The notes under the pieces are model-generated. The model was given only the letters and a program-made list of their open reading frames with translations, ran no database searches and was not told the DNA's origin. The position numbers were made by a program, and so were the translations under genes. This document shows positions 1 through 7,966 of a stretch of DNA of 15,142 nt, one piece after another. Position 1 is the first letter of the stretch; every line of letters starts with the position of its first letter. This stretch comes from Pseudomonadota bacterium. Lineage in GTDB: Bacteria > Bdellovibrionota > FAC87 > UBA2466. The stretch covers positions 1 through 15,142 of the forward strand of contig JAYSWN010000032.1 of the NCBI GenBank assembly GCA_043718025.1, in the 5' to 3' direction.

Positions 1-42
1 GGGGAGAGGATTTGAACCTCTGACCTTCGGGTTATGAGCCCG
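1..42 (-). repeat. att-type direct repeat: displaced 3' fragment of tRNA-fMet, truncated by window edge
   Basis: 1-42 (ggggagagga...atgagcccg) is identical to 10005-10046. Identity stops exactly at the D-arm side of the anticodon stem (catg vs acga). Confidence 0.95.
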
Positions 43-179
43 CATGCACTGAGTTAAAGTCAAAACGTAAGTAACTAGAAACACGGTTCAATTAATAAAC
101 AAAACCGGGGGTTAGGCTCCTCAGTCAGTTAAGCTTCCTTCGGATCTTTTCCACTGATTTCGGTCGGTTTCCATTCCTG

Positions 180-278
180 GTGCTACAGATGTGCTACACC
201 GTGTTTTTTTTTTTTGGCTTCCGGAACGCTCTCGCGCTTGCTCGTCCTATGCTCCTTTCAGTGGCTGGATGTAGCACA
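180..278. repeat. GTGCTACA motif cluster (putative recombinase arm-type sites), left end
   Basis: GTGCTACA at 180-187 and 191-198 (11-bp period), with an inverted copy at 270-277. The same motif occurs at 9873-9880. Confidence 0.6.
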
Positions 279-325
279 GTGAATCCTGAGTTCATAGGGG
301 ATGAAATCCTGATATCGTTTCAGGA

Positions 326-652
326 ATGGACTACGTTTTATCTTTTGGCCTTTTTATTGCGGCCGGGCTTTGCGAGATTGGGGGAGGGTGGCTCGTCTGG
401 AAATCCGTTCGCGAAGGACGCCCTGTCTCGTGGGGATTGTTCGGTGGCATTCTCCTGCTGGCCTACGGAATTATTCCGACTTTTCAGAAATCAAATTTCG
501 GGAGAACCTACGCCGCGTACGGCGGATTTTTCATCGCCTTGTCTTTGGCGTGGGGATGGTGGCTGGACGGAAATCGGCCCGACATCGCGGATATTGCCGG
601 CGGCGGAATCGCATTAATCGGCGTTCTGATCATTATGTACTGGCCGCGTTAG
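326..652 (+). CDS. ynfA: YnfA/UPF0060 family small membrane protein (SMR-related)
   Basis: 108 aa, four hydrophobic segments, family motifs AGLCEIGGGWLVW, FGRTYAAYGGFFI and C-terminal YWPR. Confidence 0.92.
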   Translation: MDYVLSFGLFIAAGLCEIGGGWLVWKSVREGRPVSWGLFGGILLLAYGIIPTFQKSNFGRTYAAYGGFFIALSLAWGWWLDGNRPDIADIAGGGIALIGVLIIMYWPR

Positions 653-664
653 CTCTTTCAAGTG

Positions 665-698
665 CGTCGCGCGCGGGGCAAGGCCCAGCGCCGCGACG
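665..698. terminator. GC-rich hairpin between convergent ynfA and MFS genes
   Basis: cgtcgcg(665-671)/cgcgacg(692-698) plus inner gggc/gccc stem. No clear U-tract. Confidence 0.35.
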
Positions 699-791
699 GC
701 GTTTGCCCACTTCGCGTCTACCCAGTTTACTTTTTCTTGCCGGCCTGGCCTTCCAGCCCAAAGGTTCGCAGCAGCTCTCCATATAAACGCT

Positions 792-2030
792 CTACCTGGC
801 CCCTCGGACGTCAGGAATCTGCCTTGATGTAGTCGGCACAAACAATAGAAGCCCGCCACCCGTTAAAGCAATCATTGCACCCACCGCGAATGCGACCCTT
901 GAGCCCTGCGCTTGCCAGAGTAAACCGGTCAAAAGGCTCGCTGGAAGCGCAGCGATTCCGGTAGTTAGCTGTAAGTATCCAAAAGCCGTTCCCCGGTATT
1001 CTTCGGAAGCTAAATCCGTAACGAAAGCCTTCTCCACGCCTTCCGTCATTCCCAGGTAAATTCCGTAAAGAATGAACAGCACGACGAGGTGCCACACCGC
1101 TGTCGCAAAACCGAATCCAATGAGCTGAACGGCGAAGATCATCCAACCCGCCGCAAGAAATCTTCGCCTTCCAAGGCGGTCCGAAAGAATGCCGACCGGG
1201 AATGAAACAACCGAGAGCATGACGTTCATCAAACCGATCAATGAGAAGGTTCCCCACAGCGGAAGGCCCAACTCCTGCGCTCGCAGGGTGAGAAACGCGT
1301 CACTCGTCACGCTCAAGTTGAAAACGAATGCCGCAACCAAGTATCGACGAAGTGAAGGAGGCAGTGAGCCGGTTAAAGAAAACTTCTTCTTGATTGCAGA
1401 TCGATGGGCCGGCTCCGTCACCGCAAAAGCAAGCACGAGAATACATAGGAGAGCGGGGGCCGTCGCGAGAAGGACGAGATAGCGGTAGGTTTTTTCCGAC
1501 AATAGAGGGCTTGTACCCTCAACCAGATAAACGATTAGCGCCGCCAGTGAAAGCCCGATGATTGCGCCGATAGGGTCCATCGACCGATTGAAGCCGAAGG
1601 CACGTCCGCGTTGATTCGCCGGGATGGAATCGGCCAGCAAAGCATCTCTGGGACTTGTCCGAATCCCTTTTCCAACTCGATCGAAGAACCGAATGACGAG
1701 AACCGAAGTCCAGCTCCCCGCAAAATAGAGCAGCGGTTTGGAAAGATTCGATAGCCCGAAGCCCAGAAGCATAAGCGGTTTTCTCTTCCCCAGACGGTCG
1801 GACAGTACTCCTGAAACCAGTTTTAAAAGGGTGGCCGTGGTTTCGGCAATCCCTTCGATTAGCCCTATCAGACCTGTCTTCACTCCCAAAACGTTGGCGA
1901 GAAAAAGAGGTATCGTGCGGACGGCGACTTCACTCGCCATATCATTCAGTGCGCTGACAATTCCAAGAGCGATAACGTTCTTGGAAAGCGACCGTTTACC
2001 GGATTTTTCTTCGTTGTGCGCTATATCCAT
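792..2030 (-). CDS. MFS transporter
   Basis: 412 aa, about 12 TM segments, MFS motif A twice (GVLSDRLGKRK, GILSDRLGRRR), DRVGKGIRTSPRDALLAD signature. Confidence 0.93.
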   Translation of the reverse strand: MDIAHNEEKSGKRSLSKNVIALGIVSALNDMASEVAVRTIPLFLANVLGVKTGLIGLIEGIAETTATLLKLVSGVLSDRLGKRKPLMLLGFGLSNLSKPLLYFAGSWTSVLVIRFFDRVGKGIRTSPRDALLADSIPANQRGRAFGFNRSMDPIGAIIGLSLAALIVYLVEGTSPLLSEKTYRYLVLLATAPALLCILVLAFAVTEPAHRSAIKKKFSLTGSLPPSLRRYLVAAFVFNLSVTSDAFLTLRAQELGLPLWGTFSLIGLMNVMLSVVSFPVGILSDRLGRRRFLAAGWMIFAVQLIGFGFATAVWHLVVLFILYGIYLGMTEGVEKAFVTDLASEEYRGTAFGYLQLTTGIAALPASLLTGLLWQAQGSRVAFAVGAMIALTGGGLLLFVPTTSRQIPDVRGAR

Positions 2031-2060
2031 AAAAAAAACCTACTCCGTAACTCCCGCTTC

Positions 2061-5000
2061 TTACAGCTTGTCACTCGCCTCGGTACGCTCAAACCGTCCG
2101 AAGCGCAAAGCCAAAGTCGGAAGGACAAGAAGATTGAGCGCTGTCGACGTCAAAAGACCGCCCAGGATCACGATTGCCATCGGCCCCTCGATTTCTCGGC
2201 CCGATTCGCCAGAGCCGATGGCGATAGGCAGAAGTCCCAGTGCTGTAACAAGTGCCGTCATCATTATCGGCACGAACCGCTCGGAAGCCCCGCGAAGCGC
2301 CGCATGAAGGTCCCAACTTTCCCCTTCGACCCCGACCAGATGCTCGTAGTGGGAAATGAGCATAATGGAGTTGCGAGTCGTGATACCGAAAAGGGTCACG
2401 AACCCTACGAGCGAGCCCAGAGAGAGCCACCCTCCGGTGAAAAATACGGCAAGGACTCCTCCGACCAGTGCGAAAGGCAGATTCGCAAGAACCAGAAGAA
2501 GATTTCTTACTCTCCTAAAAACAATCCACAGCAACAGAATAACTAAGCCAGCGACCGCCAAGGAGTGGATGAAAAGTTGCCTTTGTCCTTGAGTTCTTGC
2601 TTCTGCAGCGCCCGAGACCACGGGATAGATCCCGGCTGGAAATTTCATTTCTTTGAGCTTTTTTCTCAATTCATCCGTGAAGGACACAACATCGCGCCCT
2701 CCCACATTGCAGCTAACCATTTGTCGTCTGAGCGTGCTTTCGTGAAAGATCGCGTAACGGCCCGTGCGTTCCGTTATTTCGGCAAGCTCCGAGAGGCGCA
2801 CCCACCGCCCGTCAGGATTTTTAAGACGGAGATTTTTGACCTCCTCGGGGGCCCGGCGCTCCTTTTCATCCAGCCGAACAACGACGTCGAAGACACGGTT
2901 TCCCTCGAATACCTGATTTACCGTTCTCCCCTGGTAAGCGGTCTGGATGGCGTCTAGGACCGCGACCTTTTGAAAACCGAGCCTCCCCAGTGCTTCCGTA
3001 CGTAACTTGATGGAAAGCTCCGGCATGGTTGCTACCGATTCCACCTGTACCTCGCTTGCCCCTTGAATTTTCGAAAGAAGGGAAGCGACTTCGCTGGATG
3101 CTTTATCGAGTCCGCCTAAGTCTTCGCCAAAGATTTTCACGACGACCTGGGCCGTGGTCCCGGTTATCGTCTCTTCAATTCGCTCGGTCAAAAAGGGTTT
3201 CAGTGCGAAACTCAAACCGGGAAATTTGGACAAGGTCTTTCGAATTTCCCCCTGAACGATTTCGGCTTCTTCCCCTCCCAAGGGTTTTAAGTCCACCTCG
3301 AATTCGCTGTAGTGCGTTCCCCAGGCATCATCGGAGCCTTGCGCCCTGCCGGCCCGCTGTGCCACCGAACGCACGCCAGAAGTCGCAAGTAGAGCCGTGG
3401 TTACCCGTTGACCTATTCGCTCCGATTCTTCCAGCGACGTTCCTGGAATGGCGGACATATGGATGATGAAATGCCCCTCTTTGAATTCCGGCAGGAACGC
3501 CCCACCGAAGAACGGGACGGTGGAAACTGCGGCAAGAACGAGAAATACGGCGATGAGGACTAGCTTCCTTGGCTTCTTAAGAATATTGGAAAGCTTTTTG
3601 GCGTACCAGTCCTTCACGAAAGAAAGCCAACGGGGCTCTTCATGTTGGATAGTTCGTTCAGAAAGAAGCACCGCCGAAAGCGCTGGAGTCACCGTTAGAG
3701 CGACGACGAGAGAAGCTAGGATGGAAAGAATGTACGCATATCCCAGCGGAGAGAATAGCCTTCCTTGAATACCCCCCATCGTGATCACGGGGATAAAGAC
3801 CAGAATCACTACGAATGTCGCATAGACGACAGCGCTTCGGACCTCGATTGAGGCGTCGTATACGATCTTAAGTTTCGAAAGCGGATTTTTGCTTTTTGCG
3901 TTCTCTTTGAGCCTTCGAAAAATGTTTTCGACATCGATGATGGCATCATCGACGACTTCGCCGATGGCGATGGCAAGCCCGCCAAGCGTCAACGTATTGA
4001 GGCTAATTCCGAGAAGGTCGAGGATAACGATCGCAAGAAGTAGCGAGAGGGGAATCGCGGTCGCCGAGATAAGCGCCGTGCGCGGGTTTCCCAAAAAGAG
4101 AAACAGTACCACTATGACGAGGATTGCCCCCAAAAAGAGCGAGGATTTCACATTCGAGATGGCAGTCGTGATGAAATTGGCCGGTCGAAAAAGCGTGCTG
4201 TTGAGCTTCATTTTACCGGCATCGATCTGGGGCTCAAGGTCATGAAGCTCTTTCTCGACTTTTTCCGTGACGTCGAGCGTATTTGTGCCGTATTGGCCGG
4301 AAACCATGAGGATGACGCCGGGTTGCCCAAGTATTCCGGCGGCTCCGATTCTTGGGGCTGCTCCGTCTTCGACCTTCGCCAAATCCCCAAGTGTCACGGT
4401 GAGTCCTTGAGTCCTTCTCACCACCGATTGCTGAAGCTCTTTGACATCCAGCGATTGCCCGACGGCATGGAGCACGATTCGTTGTGCCGGCGTCTCGATG
4501 AAGCCGGCTCCCCGCACGCCCGTTGCACTCCCTGCGGCAGCGGCTACTTCCTCGATACTGATGCCGTACTTCTCGAGCTTTTGGGGGCTAAGATTGATCT
4601 GAAGTTGCCTTACGTCGCCGCCGAACACGGTAACCTTTGCTACTCCGGGGACTGCGAGAAGCCGCGGCTTAAGCTCCCACTCTGCGTAGGTCCGAATATC
4701 CGTTAGAGAGCGCGACTCTGACGTCAACCCGGCGACGAGGACAAGGCCCGTCGAGCTCATGAGCGGCGCCATCGTGGGAGTGCCTGCCCCCTTGGGAAGT
4801 TGGGTCGTGAGCTCGGATAACCGCTCCGAGACAAGCTGCCGTGCTCTGTAGATGTCGGCACTTTCCTCGAAGATCGCCGTGACTACCGAAAGCCCCTGAA
4901 TGGATTGGGAACGTAAAGTCTCAAGATTTGCCACTCCGTTGATCGAGACCTCGATCTTTCTGGTAATCAGCTTTTCCACCTCCTCGGGAGAAAGTCCCGG

Positions 5001-5159
5001 GGCCTCGGTTTGGATGACGATAAGCGGTGGCGCGAACTCCGGAAACACGTCGAGCTTCGAGCGGGAGGCGACATGGAGACCGTATCCAAGGAGAAGACAA
5101 GAAAGGGCAACAATGACGCCGCGAAATCTGACCGAAAAAGCGACAAGTTGGTTCAGCAT
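2061..5159 (-). CDS. CusA/CzcA-family heavy-metal efflux RND permease
   Basis: 1032 aa; N-terminal LDVFPEFAPP..IQTEAPGLSPEEVE, TM4 GEVVDDAIIDVEN, TM11 RFVPIMMTAL. Confidence 0.95.
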   Translation of the reverse strand: MLNQLVAFSVRFRGVIVALSCLLLGYGLHVASRSKLDVFPEFAPPLIVIQTEAPGLSPEEVEKLITRKIEVSINGVANLETLRSQSIQGLSVVTAIFEESADIYRARQLVSERLSELTTQLPKGAGTPTMAPLMSSTGLVLVAGLTSESRSLTDIRTYAEWELKPRLLAVPGVAKVTVFGGDVRQLQINLSPQKLEKYGISIEEVAAAAGSATGVRGAGFIETPAQRIVLHAVGQSLDVKELQQSVVRRTQGLTVTLGDLAKVEDGAAPRIGAAGILGQPGVILMVSGQYGTNTLDVTEKVEKELHDLEPQIDAGKMKLNSTLFRPANFITTAISNVKSSLFLGAILVIVVLFLFLGNPRTALISATAIPLSLLLAIVILDLLGISLNTLTLGGLAIAIGEVVDDAIIDVENIFRRLKENAKSKNPLSKLKIVYDASIEVRSAVVYATFVVILVFIPVITMGGIQGRLFSPLGYAYILSILASLVVALTVTPALSAVLLSERTIQHEEPRWLSFVKDWYAKKLSNILKKPRKLVLIAVFLVLAAVSTVPFFGGAFLPEFKEGHFIIHMSAIPGTSLEESERIGQRVTTALLATSGVRSVAQRAGRAQGSDDAWGTHYSEFEVDLKPLGGEEAEIVQGEIRKTLSKFPGLSFALKPFLTERIEETITGTTAQVVVKIFGEDLGGLDKASSEVASLLSKIQGASEVQVESVATMPELSIKLRTEALGRLGFQKVAVLDAIQTAYQGRTVNQVFEGNRVFDVVVRLDEKERRAPEEVKNLRLKNPDGRWVRLSELAEITERTGRYAIFHESTLRRQMVSCNVGGRDVVSFTDELRKKLKEMKFPAGIYPVVSGAAEARTQGQRQLFIHSLAVAGLVILLLWIVFRRVRNLLLVLANLPFALVGGVLAVFFTGGWLSLGSLVGFVTLFGITTRNSIMLISHYEHLVGVEGESWDLHAALRGASERFVPIMMTALVTALGLLPIAIGSGESGREIEGPMAIVILGGLLTSTALNLLVLPTLALRFGRFERTEASDKL

Positions 5160-5195
5160 GCTGGTATTTCTTTCTTCGCCATCTCGTTCACTTTG

Positions 5196-5663
5196 TTAAT
5201 CCCCTACCTTGATCTGCGATTTAAGCTCCTCAGAAAGTAAAAGAGCGGAACCGGTAACGACGACCGCGGCATCGCCGGAAGGCCCAGAAATTTCCCATCC
5301 TCGATCGGTTATGGACGTCACGATTACGGGCTTTCTCACGAACTCGCCGGTTGCGATTTCAACGTAAACAAAAGTGCGGCCTTCGTATCTGAGTACCGCG
5401 GATAAGGGCGCTATCAAGTGGCCGTTGGCAGTCACGCTTCCCTTTCTCGCCGTAATTCCGGCTTGCTTTAAGGCCTCATTTTCCAACGTCACGACAGTCT
5501 CACCACTGGAAAGTTTTTTCAGCCTGGGCGGTACCTTTACGGGCATTTCCCTTTCCCGCTCCGCTTGAAGCGCCTTACGTCCCTCGAGGAAAGCGAAGAC
5601 GAGAAGCGCCGAGATGCCGATAGCCAGCGCAATGAGAAGAAGTCTTTTCAAGAAAACCTTCAC
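5196..5663 (-). CDS. Short periplasmic adaptor (MFP)-like protein, membrane-proximal domain only
   Basis: 155 aa between the OMF and RND genes. N-terminal TM anchor, VTLENEALKQAGI, then directly PLSAVLRYEGRTFVYV...FVRKPV...VVVTGSALLLSE, typical of MFP C-termini. GTG start overlaps the OMF stop (GTGA). Confidence 0.8.
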   Translation of the reverse strand: MKVFLKRLLLIALAIGISALLVFAFLEGRKALQAEREREMPVKVPPRLKKLSSGETVVTLENEALKQAGITARKGSVTANGHLIAPLSAVLRYEGRTFVYVEIATGEFVRKPVIVTSITDRGWEISGPSGDAAVVVTGSALLLSEELKSQIKVGD

Positions 5664-6940
5664 GGGATCTGCCCCCCCACCGTCTCCTCGATTACCGCGA
5701 CCGTCGTGAGATAACCCATAAGAAGCGATTCGTAGTCGATCCTGGCGTTGATAAAATTGTTAGTGGCATTGGTTAATGTCGCGAAATCGACTTTGCCGAA
5801 GCGATAATTTCGAAGCGCGACTTGGTATGCCCTTTCAGCGGTGGGAATCGTTCTTGTCTTGTAGGTTTGAAGTTTCTGCCATTGAGACTCAAGAACGTTG
5901 AGACGAGACTCGAAGGCCAAAAGAAGCGTTCTCTTTTGAACCTCAAGCTGCGCTTCAGTGACGAGCCGATCCTTCTTTGCCGAATCAATGCCCTCTTGCT
6001 CATTGAAGAAGTACCACAGCGGAATTGTTAGTTGCACGCCGCCCGCGAATCCCCCGAGGTTATTCGTCCCGGCATTCAACGTGAAATCGGGAAGGGCCGC
6101 CATTTGAGCCACCGTTACGCGACTTGAAGCCGCGCGAATTCGCGCGTCGAACGCTCGGAGCGAAGGGCTCTTGGAAAGCAAAGCGTTACGTAATAGCTCA
6201 CGGGATCGGTTAATTGAGATTTCGGGAGTCGGTGGCGATTCGATCGAAAGCGCTTTATCAGTAGGCTCTCCCAAGAGAATATCCAGCGCACTCTCGGCCG
6301 TTCGTTCCAGCGCCACAAAATCGGCGCGCTCGTTCGTCACGTTTTCCAGCGCCACCTGGGTTGAAAGAGATTCAACCTCGGTCGTCGTTTCTTTGACGAA
6401 CCGCTTTTTTGCAATGGCCAGGATGGTCTCAAACGACTCACGCCTAGTCGCGTTGAGGTCGAGCTTTCTTCGTGAGAGCCATAGATCATAATAAGCACTT
6501 TTTACGATGCGCGTGACCTCGAGATCCTTAGCGGCAAGGTCGGAATCCGCTGCCGCCGCATCCAGTCCGAAGCCTTTGGAATCGATAAGGCCCTTGCCCG
6601 GAAAGCCAAACGACTGGCTCAATTGGTAGGTGCGAATGTTCGCGTTCTCCCGCGTGGGTGGTCCCGCGAGGTCTCCGAAACCGATACCGAGGCGCGGGGA
6701 GACAGGTGAAAGAGCGCGGCGTTTCTTGGCGAGAAGTGAATCGCGTTGCGCCTGAATGACTGCCCGATCAGGGCTAGCCTCCAGTGCCTTGTTTACCGCC
6801 TGAGTAACGGACAATTGAAGCTGCTGTGCGTTGCTGCTTTCCCCACTCGGCGTAGCCGCACCGGCATGAGCGATTCCATGCTCTACCAACGCGAGCAGAA
6901 GAATCACAAACCCTCGGAAAAGTATTTCGAGTATCCTCAC
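5660..6940 (-). CDS. TolC/CzcC-family outer membrane efflux protein
   Basis: OEP features (LSVTQAVNKALEASPD, VKSAYYDL, LPDFTL, LTIPLW, YRFGKVDF). Start revised from 7027 to GTG at 6940, which has a GGGAG RBS upstream and gives a signal peptide ending IAHA. Confidence 0.88.
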   Translation of the reverse strand: MRILEILFRGFVILLLALVEHGIAHAGAATPSGESSNAQQLQLSVTQAVNKALEASPDRAVIQAQRDSLLAKKRRALSPVSPRLGIGFGDLAGPPTRENANIRTYQLSQSFGFPGKGLIDSKGFGLDAAAADSDLAAKDLEVTRIVKSAYYDLWLSRRKLDLNATRRESFETILAIAKKRFVKETTTEVESLSTQVALENVTNERADFVALERTAESALDILLGEPTDKALSIESPPTPEISINRSRELLRNALLSKSPSLRAFDARIRAASSRVTVAQMAALPDFTLNAGTNNLGGFAGGVQLTIPLWYFFNEQEGIDSAKKDRLVTEAQLEVQKRTLLLAFESRLNVLESQWQKLQTYKTRTIPTAERAYQVALRNYRFGKVDFATLTNATNNFINARIDYESLLMGYLTTVAVIEETVGGQIP

Positions 6941-7178
6941 CAAAGAAAAACTCCCTAAAATTCCATATGTTATCCGCCACACCCCCGGGCAGTAAACTTT
7001 CTTCTCCGGCGCGGAGTGTAACGACACTGCACGTTTTTAATGGCGATCGTGGTCATGCTCTTGGGCGTGCGAACTCACCGGCTCGGGACCAATCGATGCC
7101 CTATTTCAATAGGTTAGAGTTTTTACTTCCCGTCATCACGACCGTATGACCCCCCAAGACGGCACCCTTCTTGCTTTA

Positions 7179-7207
7179 TTGACGGCATCGCGGACAAAAT
7201 TTATGCT
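7179..7207 (+). promoter_or_regulatory. Sigma70-type promoter, near-leaderless transcript
   Basis: TTGACG(7179-7184)-17 bp-TATGCT(7202-7207). ATG at 7217 lies only 9 bp after the -10 box, with no Shine-Dalgarno. Confidence 0.65.
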
Positions 7208-7216
7208 TAAATTACG

Positions 7217-7546
7217 ATGAATTGGTTCCTTTCCTGCTTGTTGTTACTGGGCCTCAGCGCTCCATTAAAAGAGGCTTTAGCCTTTGACGGCGATGATTGC
7301 AGCACCTCTGAGCAGGATTTAAGCTCTAGTGAAAACATCGTCGTTCACAGTGATTGCCCCGATTCTGATCCGGAAGGGTGCTCCGATTCAAAAAGTGTTT
7401 GTTCACGCCCTTGCTGCCAGTTGCAGCTTTTGTCGGAGACGTTCGCTTGGACGATTGCACTTAAAACATCGAACTCGCAAAACAATGTTCTCCTAACCCC
7501 AGCGAGCTTTTCGATAACCCCACCGACTCGTCCGCCGATCGTCTGA
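7217..7546 (+). CDS. Small secreted Cys-containing protein with C-terminal PPTRPP motif (DUF2946/CruR-like leader architecture)
   Basis: 109 aa: signal peptide (..EALA), acidic Cys cluster (C-x3-CC), linker, terminal ITPPTRPPIV. First gene of a metal-related unit. Confidence 0.7.
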   Translation: MNWFLSCLLLLGLSAPLKEALAFDGDDCSTSEQDLSSSENIVVHSDCPDSDPEGCSDSKSVCSRPCCQLQLLSETFAWTIALKTSNSQNNVLLTPASFSITPPTRPPIV

Positions 7547-7649
7547 TCGTTCGCAACGCAGTTCATTTCAACTGAAAAAATTAATATTCGGCCGACCCGT
7601 CGCACGGGTGTGCTGACTTGCGGCCGGATTTCAAAATAGGAAAAATACA

Positions 7650-7910
7650 ATGAAACAAATCTTTAAGCTCATGAGTGTCCTGTCACTTTTCGCCATGCTC
7701 GGAATGACCGTTCCGACTTTGTCTTTCGCGGACGATGCCGCCGGAGGTGATTCAGCTAAGACCTGTTGCGAGTGCTGTAAAAACGGCACCTGTGCCAAGG
7801 GCGAGTGCAAGGAGTGCAAAAACTGCAAGGACTGCAAAGACGGCAGCGCCTGCAAGAGCGGAAAGTGTGGCGAGTGCAAGAATTGCCACAAGAAATCCAA
7901 AGCTAAGTAA
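7650..7910 (+). CDS. Secreted Cys/Lys-rich metallothionein-like protein
   Basis: 86 aa; AGGA RBS; Sec signal ending SFA; 13 Cys in residues 39-79 (CCxCC, repeated CxxC); no Phe/Tyr/Trp in the mature part. Confidence 0.78.
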   Translation: MKQIFKLMSVLSLFAMLGMTVPTLSFADDAAGGDSAKTCCECCKNGTCAKGECKECKNCKDCKDGSACKSGKCGECKNCHKKSKAK

Positions 7911-7919
7911 ATAATTGAG

Positions 7920-7951
7920 GCACGGCGGTCGTTTCGGAACGACCGCCGTGC
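7920..7951 (+). terminator. Strong hairpin (leaky terminator or mRNA stabiliser)
   Basis: Perfect 14-bp stem gcacggcggtcgtt/aacgaccgccgtgc, loop tcgg, followed by an imperfect U-tract (tgttatttg). Confidence 0.75.
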
Positions 7952-7966
7952 TGTTATTTGTGAACT

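Noticed and set aside
1..75. Second complete tRNA-Met gene
   Set aside because: Identity ends at 42; the D-arm and 5' acceptor strand are absent.
241..249. 9-bp inverted match ctcgtccta / taggacgag (9841-9849) as a transposon end
   Set aside because: It does not extend to the TGT terminus and is short enough to arise by chance.
180..786. ORFs 180-617 and 370-786, and other short ORFs overlapping called genes throughout the window
   Set aside because: Alternative-frame or antisense shadows of recognisable genes, with no motifs of their own.
6941..7027. Longer N-terminus of the TolC ORF
   Set aside because: GTG at 6940 has an RBS and yields a proper signal peptide; 7027 has neither.
6941..7216. 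Known metal riboswitch (NiCo, yybP-ykoY, fluoride)
   Set aside because: No consensus recognised by eye; an Rfam scan would be needed to exclude it.
7875..7889. CKNCH as a c-type heme site (cytochrome c)
   Set aside because: It is the last unit of a repeated CxxC pattern with no cytochrome context. Heme attachment is unlikely but not excluded.
7631..7900. Antisense ORF with LQS/LHS repeats
   Set aside because: It mirrors the TGCAAG repeats of the Cys-rich gene, which has the RBS, signal peptide and downstream hairpin.
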